A stretch of 64,000 nt of DNA. Source: an uncultured archaeon (GTDB taxonomy: Archaea > Asgardarchaeota > Lokiarchaeia > Sigyniarchaeales > SOKP01). A model generated the notes under the pieces. That model was not told where the DNA came from and searched no databases. It was given only the letters and a program-made list of their open reading frames with translations. The position numbers were made by a program, and so were the translations under genes. The stretch covers positions 235,772-299,771 of the forward strand of contig CAZALK010000004.1 of assembly GCA_964486045.1 (NCBI GenBank). Direction: 5' to 3'. Shown piece by piece: positions 52,101 through 61,850 of this stretch. Every line of letters starts with the position of its first letter. Position 1 is the first letter of the stretch.

Positions 52101-55100
52101 CTAAATGGTTATTTTCAAAAATATCGAAAATATCTGAATCGTATAGGGTTGTGTTTTCTTCAAATTCGAATAGAAAAACGGAATCGATTATTAATTCATA
52201 GCGTGGGTCGTTGGATGTAATAAGAATGTCTGTTATATAAGAGTGTTCAACGTTATTAGTATCCAATGTCTTGAAATCAGAGTAAATATCGTCTAGAGAC
52301 ACATTGAAAGTTGTCTGTCTGTATTCATTGTAGAGTTCACTTTCAAAGGGAGTTAAGTCTAAGGAGGTTTCCCATGCCACTAATTTATCCCTATTCTCAT
52401 AGAGATCGCCAGTAGTATAAGGTAATCCGTCATTATTTATTCCTAATAGTGAAATCTCGGCTATTGGAACATCATTGAGTTCTGTTTTATAATTTGTAAT
52501 GAAAGGACTCTTCTGAAGCACCATATCTTCTACTGTAATACCGATTGATTCCTCTAGAGAGGCGTTATATTTCAAAAACAGTAAATCTCCATTCTTCATT
52601 TTCATTGTATCACTTCCTAATATATATGAGCCTGGGAGGGAAGCATTGTTATATTCCACTATGTAGGATTGGCCATTATAGTTCTCTTCTTGTTCTCTCA
52701 CCCCTGGGCTAACTGCATAAAGGAATTCATACTGGTCATTTAGGACATAGACTTGTTCATTGAGAGAAAATATTTCTTTATCTAGGTCAACGGTTAAATA
52801 TCCATCCTCAACCTTATTAGCCTCCCATTCTATTGATTGATAAGATGGGAGTCCCTCTTCATAAAAGAAACCTAAATAATCATCGGATTGATAGAATGTA
52901 GGACTAAAGGTGATATGGGCATTATTGGCAACTGTGAAATACTGAAAATCAGGAGAATTTGGCAACCTAATATAAACTGCTCCTGAATTATCGGCGAACA
53001 TAACCGAGGTTACGTTAGTATAACCAATGTAAGTATTGTTATTATAGTAGAATGATACATTTAGATACTCCAACACATCTGGATTCAAAAGACCCATCTT
53101 TATGATAAGTGTGTCATAATCTTTCCAACCATTGCTTGCGTCGTCTAATTCCTCAGTAAGGTAATAAGTTAGGTTATTAGTGCTATTTATTATTCCATAT
53201 ACTTGTTTTACTATTCCTGAAGTAATTGGGTCGTAGGCACTGGCTCCATAAATTAAGTTATTTGACTCCAAGTTCGCAATTAGATTATTCGTTGGATCTT
53301 GGGCGACCGTCCAGCTCTCCAGGGTGATTACTTTATTACTTAGATCGGTTTGAATATGATGGAACGGTTGGTACTTATTGTGTGTCTCAGGCATGATCAT
53401 TACATAGATACTATCTCCTTCAACAAGCGTATCTTCTTCGGTAAAGGCGTCGAAATTAGTAATGGTAACTGAGTTATCCCATAAATCATAGTTTACATAA
53501 TCATCCTCAATTATTTCTTTTTGACTTGAGGAATTTATGAAATATGCAACTATTACAAAACCGTCACTGTCTCCGAGAGGATCGTTTTGGCCTAATTGAA
53601 TTTTAGCTGATTGACCGCTAGCTTCTTGTTGGCTTAACTCTGTGGAGAATGTTAGAAATGATTTTTCTTGGAGTCGATAATTAAGTGCTAGTTGATATTG
53701 ATAATTCGCTGATAGATTATAGTATAAAGGCGCTACGATGCTGGAACCGCTGAATGGGTAATAATTATTATAGAACTTCATCTCATAAGGCTGGATTTCG
53801 ATAAAGAAGTGTTTGGTGTCCAGTAAGCCGCCCTTTGTTTTGAATGAGTACTCGATAGTAAAATTCTCCCCAATGGTTAAATATTGTTTAATGCTATCCG
53901 TGAACGTTATATTGTTTCCTTGAATTGAGGATATATTTCCTAACGGTTGGATAATATTTCCAAGTGAATCTCTAATAGTGAACGTATAAGAACTACCATA
54001 AAGAATATCATCGTATTTAGTGTAATAACTTGAACTTTCTTTCATGTAATTATAGGTGACCAAAACTTCGGTGTCATTGAGAATATTAAGATATTCAAAA
54101 TATTCCTTCACCATTGTAAAAGTATAGATGGGTTCAGTGGGATAATTATCATCGTGTGACCAAGAGATCATGTATTTTTCATTTACATAACGCTCACCTG
54201 CTTCGGTTTGGATGGTAATACCAAATGGGTTTATTCTATCCCATTGTTCGTCTTGTATAATATCGTCAAATTCTCCGCCGTTAGTTAAATTCAGAGAGAC
54301 TTCATAAAATCTATCATCAAATCCGGTAAAAATAAATTCGGTAAAGTTATATTCATTTGGATAGAATTGAAATTCTTCAGTGGTAGAGGACATAAAAGCA
54401 CTCATAGGGGCATACTCGCTCAAATGATAAAATGAAGCACTAAAGGTGGTGGCTGAAGTTAAATCGGGATGATACTCAAATTGATCCCAGAAAAGATATG
54501 AGCTATCAGGGAATTTCCAATGAAGGGTAGGACTGTAGGTATTTGCAGGTTCATCTATGCTATAATCAAATTCAATAAATTCGTAGTTAATATGTAAATC
54601 AAGCTGGATGGTATTACTGGTGAGTAATAGAATGATATCTTCTTTAGTCTCATAGAAGTGAATTTGGTTTTCTCCCTGTTCAGTAATGACCAAATCGTAG
54701 TGCGTTCCTTCAGTAAGGAGAACGGTAGACGGTGTGTAAGTATCAGCATTGTCGGGGTTATATACAATATAATCATCTTGCTTTAAAGCAAATCCTTGCC
54801 ATGATTCAACCCAAACCCAAGGAGTACTTATCCTATCAATAGTATTTATATCAACATGGTCAATTCTCGTAGTCGCGTTTGGAATTTCTATAGCGAATTG
54901 AACTTCGCTTGGCAACCCTGAACTAATAATGTTATTCGAGTCAGTAAGATCAACTCGATGATGTAGATATAAATCCCCGTCTACATACATATATTGACTG
55001 GTGAGGGGTTGAGTTGATAATTCGAAATTTTGGGTATTGTAAATGTTGTCATTAAATTGACTAACATCTACGGTATAATCGCTGTACTGCCAATTCATAT

Positions 55101-58100
55101 TAAACTCTTTAGCATCAACAAACACTTCTCCGTAAGGTTCTGTACCTTTTCCAGCATACAGATTAACTTCCCCTTCGATATATTCAGGAAGTTCAAGGTC
55201 GTAAGCATTAATGTGAAGACCTAATGATTCCGTAAGCCTGTAATCTTGAGATTGTTCTGACTTAAAGGAATATGAATTGTTGTTAATAACTTCAAACGTA
55301 AGTTCATCATAATTATTTTCGTCCTTGTATAACTTAACCAATTCCCCATAGTCATTAAAACCTTCTACTGCTATTGTTACCCAAGCGTCATCAACCACAT
55401 CGTACGCTTCATTTAGTCTATCAGTGAAAATTTGAGCGTAATGTGCCGTATTTATCGTCTGGGCTACATTTATCTCATTCCTTTTATTCTTCATCGGCTT
55501 ATCGATGACCTGAAGTATCCTATCATCAGCGGTTAGTTCAAATTTATCAAAAATAACATACTGAGTAATATTCGTATTATTTCCATAGGTAAGAAAATCA
55601 ATTTCGATGTCATAGGTGGTATAACCTTTAACCGCATACATAGGCTGGAGGTTAATCTCGAAATCAAACCTATTTTCTCCGGTAGAAGGATCAATTGATA
55701 CATAATCGAAATAAGATTCTCCATCTTCAGTGGTAAAAGTAAATGTTGCAAGTATTGGTTTAAGTTTTGACACATTTCCATAAAGTACAGCATCGTCTAA
55801 GAAAAATGAACCATTGAGAACGCTGTCATAGAGCAAAGCGAGATAATTGAATGAGATAGTAGTTTTATTATCTTTTAATATAGGTATTAGTATCTTTGGA
55901 ATACCTGGATCGAGGGGATCTTGGGGATCGTCTGGAATGGTGAGTAGATTAATATCGGTGCTAGAACTGTGATTGTATAATTTATGTGAATCACGGAATC
56001 TTGAAAGTTTTCTGACAGCATCTGTCATATTCATATCAGTTCGTTGATATCCTCTATCAAGCTTATAGGAAGCAATACCATATTTAATGAATACGTCTTT
56101 TGGGCCAGTTAAATCAACATCGATTCTAATTTGTTTATTATTATTTATAATGCTAAGTTCATATAAATCCTCAATTTTTTGTCCTGTGTTATCGGTAATA
56201 TTGTAGATTTTTACATCTTCTAGGGTTATATCACTATCTATAAAACCAACGTCTAGATTAGCCATCCCGGAAATGTCTAATGTATAAGATTCATTAAATA
56301 TTGAATTATATACACCTAAATAATTTACATGATCTAGTTGGAGTGGAGTTGTATCAGTATTAAACAGTATTTCAGAGAATTCGAATCCATTGGTCTCTGA
56401 GAAAGTCCATGTCTTAACCTTATTTTCCTCAAGTTTAACCGTGTATGAAATTACTAAATCGGAGTAGTTATCTAAAGTGGTTCCACTGTTAATTACTATA
56501 CTATAATCTCCAATAACCGTATAATTATTACCGGCGCCCTCTATCAGAATTACTTCATCATATTCATATATTCCTCTCACTTCTACAATATCAATAATAT
56601 CGGTGTATCCATTAAGGTTTAATAAAATATCATCAGAATCAATTCCATAAGTATCAATATCATCCGTGTATTCAAAATATCGTTCTACACCATAGTTTTC
56701 GGCAAGATTTCCTATCCAGAACTCTCCTATATCTGAATCAGAATAAGAATCAAGTATCACTGAATCAGTTCTAATACTGGAATTTGTAAGAGTAAGGTTT
56801 AGAATAAATAATTTTTGCTCTCTATTATCGGCAATCATTCCTGTCTGATTGTAGGTGGCGTCCGCAGATATGTTCAAAATAACTTCTTTACCCATCAACA
56901 TATCACCATCCTGCCCTAGAGGATATTCAAAGTAATAAAGACCGTCATAGACGAGTGAACTAATGAAAAGATCCTCATCTCCAAGTTCAATCCATGAAAA
57001 TTCGCTCCAATCAGTAGTATCTCCGATATCCCTTGCCTTCGCTGAAACTTTGAAGTTGATATAATCAGATATACCCTCATCGCTATGTAGGGTTGCAAGA
57101 TACCCAGTGAGTCGTGGATAGATGTCTTCATAAAACGCATAATCACTTCCGAAATAAGTACCGCCCCATCCTGAATCAAACCAGTTGAGAAGGTCTAAAG
57201 TCATGGTAGGTTCTCCAAATTTCATCCAATTCTCAGGTCTCACTTCGAGACTTATAAACCTGTATACATCTTTAGTATATTCCCTTGGAATAGTGAAAAT
57301 GTTGACTTGGTATACTCCCGGAATCAGTTGGTCTAAATAATGGTCACTGATATTGAAGGTTGCTACTCCGTCACTATCAACATACGCAGAAAATTGAACA
57401 AGTCCCTCTTCAAATACACTTTCACCTGAATAATCAGTGATCATTGCTATGATTGGCATTCCATCTATTAAATAGATATTCTGGCTATCTTCAGGAATCA
57501 AGTTATTAGTCTCGAAGCTGGTCTCTAATTTGGCAATAGTCATCAATTCAGCATCAGGTACAACATCAGCCTCTGCAATCTCTACACTAAATGAAAAAGT
57601 ATCGTTTAGTTCCGAGCCCATTTGGTATACTAAGAGATTTGGAACTCCAAGCATAAGATCTTCGGGATGGATTGTAATTAAACCCTCTCCGTACCCTCCT
57701 GAATAGAATGTAGTGTCTTTATAATCATATCCGTCTAATTCGGATACTCTACCAAGGTCAAATACATTATTGTCTTGCGACATATAAAGTTGTGAAGCAT
57801 CATCAAAAGCCATATGACCTATATCATACACAGGGGCATGGAATACGCGAATATATAGCCGATAATCATCAAGCGAGTCAAAGGTTACACTTCCACTACT
57901 GAAAAGTGATTCATCGAAAATGCGGTGATGGTCTTCTATTAGATCTTCATCCAAGCTGACATTGAAAGAAACAATTCCTGTATTATCAGTTATTTGATAA
58001 TCCCAGAATAGGCTTGAGTACTCAGCGACTTGTCCTGTCTCTGAGTCTAGGTACTCCCATGACTCTGGTCTGGTGAACATTCGCGATACCGAATAAGTGG

Positions 58101-61100
58101 GGTCCAATACACCAGGACCACGCACTACTTCTTGCCCTTGTTCAGTAAACCAAGCTGTTCCTAATGCTTCGGAATCGATATAGTTTCCATCTTCATCCTC
58201 CCAATCTAGAATTTTATAATTAAGCCCTGCCTTTGGTTTGAATCCGATTTCCATCCAGACTAACTGATCTGCAAGAAAATCACCTCTCTCATCGGTTAAC
58301 TCAAATTGGAACTCATAATTATCGGTAATCGTTCTATGGAAATCAAAATAGGTATATGGTTTATCAACTTGTAAGGTCTCATAAGGACTTGTGGTTGTGG
58401 TATATACCCTATTTTGAATAGTAGCCCATTGATCGAATGTACGCGAAAATTCGGTTGGAATATAGGAAATCTTACTCTGTTTTCCATTGACAGTTAAAGT
58501 AAAGACTTCATTAACAGAAAAGCTGGTATTATATACACTATTAAATCCAGAATAATCAACCCCGATATACTGATCATTATAGGCTGCCAAGGTGGGAGGA
58601 AGGTAGATAAGCCTCATGATAGTTTCAACGTTTAATGGAAACTGTAATCCATTTTCACCCATATAAAAACTATAGTCAAAATTACCATCCTCTCTTAACG
58701 GAACTCTTGCAAGTGGTTTCCATAATCCATCAGTATCATCAAGAAATTCAAGGATCATATTTTTTACAGGATTGATTTCCTCGGTGAGATAGCCATAATA
58801 GGCTAGAAAGTATGCATCATCAATTTCGTAATTAGGAGTAACTGAGCTATAAAAAGTGTAGAATGTTATGTAATTGTTATTGACTCCTGTAATATCATAG
58901 TCGATACCGTAAATCATGGGAGTAACGGAAATTGCATTATCTACCATAACTTTAATCGTTGAGTTTACTAAGAAGGTACTCATTGCATAGTGGGTTAGTT
59001 TCAGCTTTGGGATATAACCATATTCAACCTTTAGATTAATTGGACCAGACTCTGTATAGGTGATATTAAGAGCGTCAACACCACTCTCGTTTACGATGCT
59101 ATAGGTGTAATAGCTGTCGTTCAAGAGCTCAAACTCATCAACGCTTATTTCCTTCCACACGTTTTTAAGGGATATGATTCCTGAGCCGATGGAAGAATTA
59201 ACCACTTGGATCGTTTGGTCTTGAGCAACTGAAGTGTATAAGGAACTATTCTCAAATATAGGATTTACATCAAGAATCTCTTTATCGAATTGTCTGGAAT
59301 TTTCCCATTCAAAGGTCTCATAGCTAAACATCCTAAAGTCAACGGGAATAATTACATCCTCGATATCTTCAAAAGTGACAGGGGTGATTATTCTTCCTTG
59401 GATGACTTTATAGGTAAGTAATAGATTAGTATCATATGGAATTAATTGGCTGTTGTCGGAAGTCCAATTGATAATTAACATGAATTTATTAGGATGATCG
59501 GTACGATAGTAGGCATAATAGCTGATCCAGCTGTCTTCGATTACATTGGTTGCATAATTAAAACTACTGCCGTTTACCACTTCGAATAAGGGAGTGATTT
59601 CATTGTAATTTTCTCTATCGATAAATTCTAGCTTAAAGTTATTTTTATCAATAAATTCTGTTTCCCCGATGAGACCATTAAGATCAATTTCATATTCAGT
59701 AAGTGTAAATTCACCAATTGGATCGGTTGCGATGTAAGGAATAATTTCACGCTCTCGGTAATAGGTAGAATTATCTAAAATATAGCCCATTAAATTCAAT
59801 TCTTCTTCAAAATCCACATCAAACTTTGTATTAAGAGTAAAAGTATAATCAGGATTGAAAACAACTTCTCTTTCGTTTTTTAAGGCTATTTGTGATAAAA
59901 TCTGGGGGATCAGTTCAATCTCGACAGAATTAGTCGAATTTACAATCTCTTCAGCAACTGTTGGATAAAGTGTAAAGATAAGATCATAACTGCCCAACTC
60001 CTCTGTGACACTAAATCTAGAATGGAATTTATCAACCGAATTATCCCATTCTAAAAATGAGACACCTAAGATAGTACCAGTCAAATTATCGGTCATTACA
60101 AGGAAGGGAGTTGCCATTTCATATAATGGAAATGGTGTAATTGCGCTATTTATCCTGAAGTAAATATCGATAATATCCGTAAAGAATAGATCATTTGGCT
60201 GGTTCAAAGCTAAGGTTTGAAGGTTGCTAAACGCTTCCATTTCTGTAATTTGGGAATCAAAAGTATCTAATTCGATACTCATGCTTTCATCTACAATAAA
60301 ATTGTATTGATAATCATTAAAGTAAACTGTTAAGGCTGAATCATTAGCTAAAATATCATAAAAGCTCATTTGTGAAATACCGAATATCTGATATGGGAAG
60401 TTAATAATGGTAAATCCGGTATTAGGATCATACATTGAAACACTTCCCGGCCATACTGGAGCGTCGGATACTACAAAACTAACGGAATGAATCTTGGTTA
60501 TATCAAACAAGGTCTCTAGATTTGACGCTGTAAGGCTGGCAAAATCGATATAAATTGGTATCTCGAGGAGTTCAGACAGTCCAGGAATAACACGTTTATA
60601 CTGTGATGCGTCTTTGAAGTATTTATCGAAATCGAGTGAATCCATACTATATACAAATCGGTTATCATCAAAATCAATAAAGAGGATTTGGAGCCTTTCG
60701 ATTGTACCGTGAGTTGAATAAATATTTGGAACTAAAATCTTTAGGAATAATCCGTCTTTCTGAGTGTCTTTAATGACTTTTGCATAATCCGAACCATAAT
60801 AATTGAAAAACACTAGGTCATCCTCGATATTATATTGGCTAAAGTTTACATTCCACGAGACCGAGCCGTTGATAGACACAGTAAAATCAATTTCGTCAAA
60901 GTTGTGTTTAATATCATACTTTCCGGTCTCACCATTATAGAGGTAGCTAAATACTTCTGAATAATTGATATAATCAAGAAGCCTAAATCCTTCACGCTCA
61001 GAAATATCCATAACTGAGGTCCGTTCTTCTTGTAAGAAGTAAGAAAGGACTAGCGGATCTTTTTGGGAAGCGTGTTTTGCAAATGCATAATAATTTGTTC

Positions 61101-61821
61101 CCGTTGCATCCCAGTTTAATTGAAAGTCAAGAGGATAATTAGATACCAACGTATTTTCAAAAATATTTTCGGAATATAAAATTAAATCGTCAAGACTATC
61201 AAACCTAACTTCATATCTTTGTGAGGTTTCGTTCCATAAGGTAATTTCCAAATAATAATTTCCAGATTTGACTTTAATCGAATGATTCTGTAATTCACTA
61301 TTGTCAGCACCGATTAGCGTGAAATTCACGATAGTTCCAATTCCTTGATAAATTTCATTGACATTAATTAGATTATTATCAAATTGGATAGTAACTTCAT
61401 TTGATACTAGAATTCGTGGTATTGTCGCATCATAGTTGTATGAATCACCAAGATAACTGGAGTTAGTAATAGTATTACCTGCAGCATCAGTTATTCTGAA
61501 TTCAATAGTATAATAATACTTAGTATGGTCTTCGAAATTGTTTACAGGTACTCCTAAATCAAATAATGTGGTCTCAATTCCACTTATTGGACTAAATCCA
61601 GAAGTGTATAGAGAAGTATTACTCATATCGAATACATTTATCTGATACTCAACGGAAATTTCGTCTATATAATAATAGTTAGTATGATTAATAATGCCTT
61701 GCAGATTATCAGTTGTTAAAATGTTAAACAGTGTCCATGGAGCAGCAAAATTGTTTAATGAATAATCGGTAGCTCCATCTCCTATTGATGTAACTGAAGT
61801 AGGATCTTCAAAATCAAGCAA
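46168..61821 (-). CDS. giant (>5,200 aa) surface/secreted-type protein with C-terminal PD-(D/E)xK nuclease; polymorphic-toxin-like; probably 5'-truncated
   Basis: 15.6-kb open frame. Ig-like motifs ([17 protein letters not shown]), many NxS/T sequons, DxDxDG motifs, a hydrophobic helix block, and C-terminal [22 protein letters not shown]...[21 protein letters not shown]. Confidence 0.85.
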   Translation of the reverse strand: [5217 protein letters not shown]

Positions 61822-61850
61822 AACTGTGTAAGTAAGGTTTAAATAATAAA

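Noticed and set aside
46958-58487. Many short ORFs overlapping the giant gene on either strand
   Set aside because: Alternative-frame or antisense shadows with no motifs.
46168-61821. Giant ORF as a viral tape-measure/tail protein or an intein-containing gene
   Set aside because: No capsid, terminase or integrase genes nearby; no Hint/intein motifs recognised; sequon-rich composition favours a cell-surface protein.
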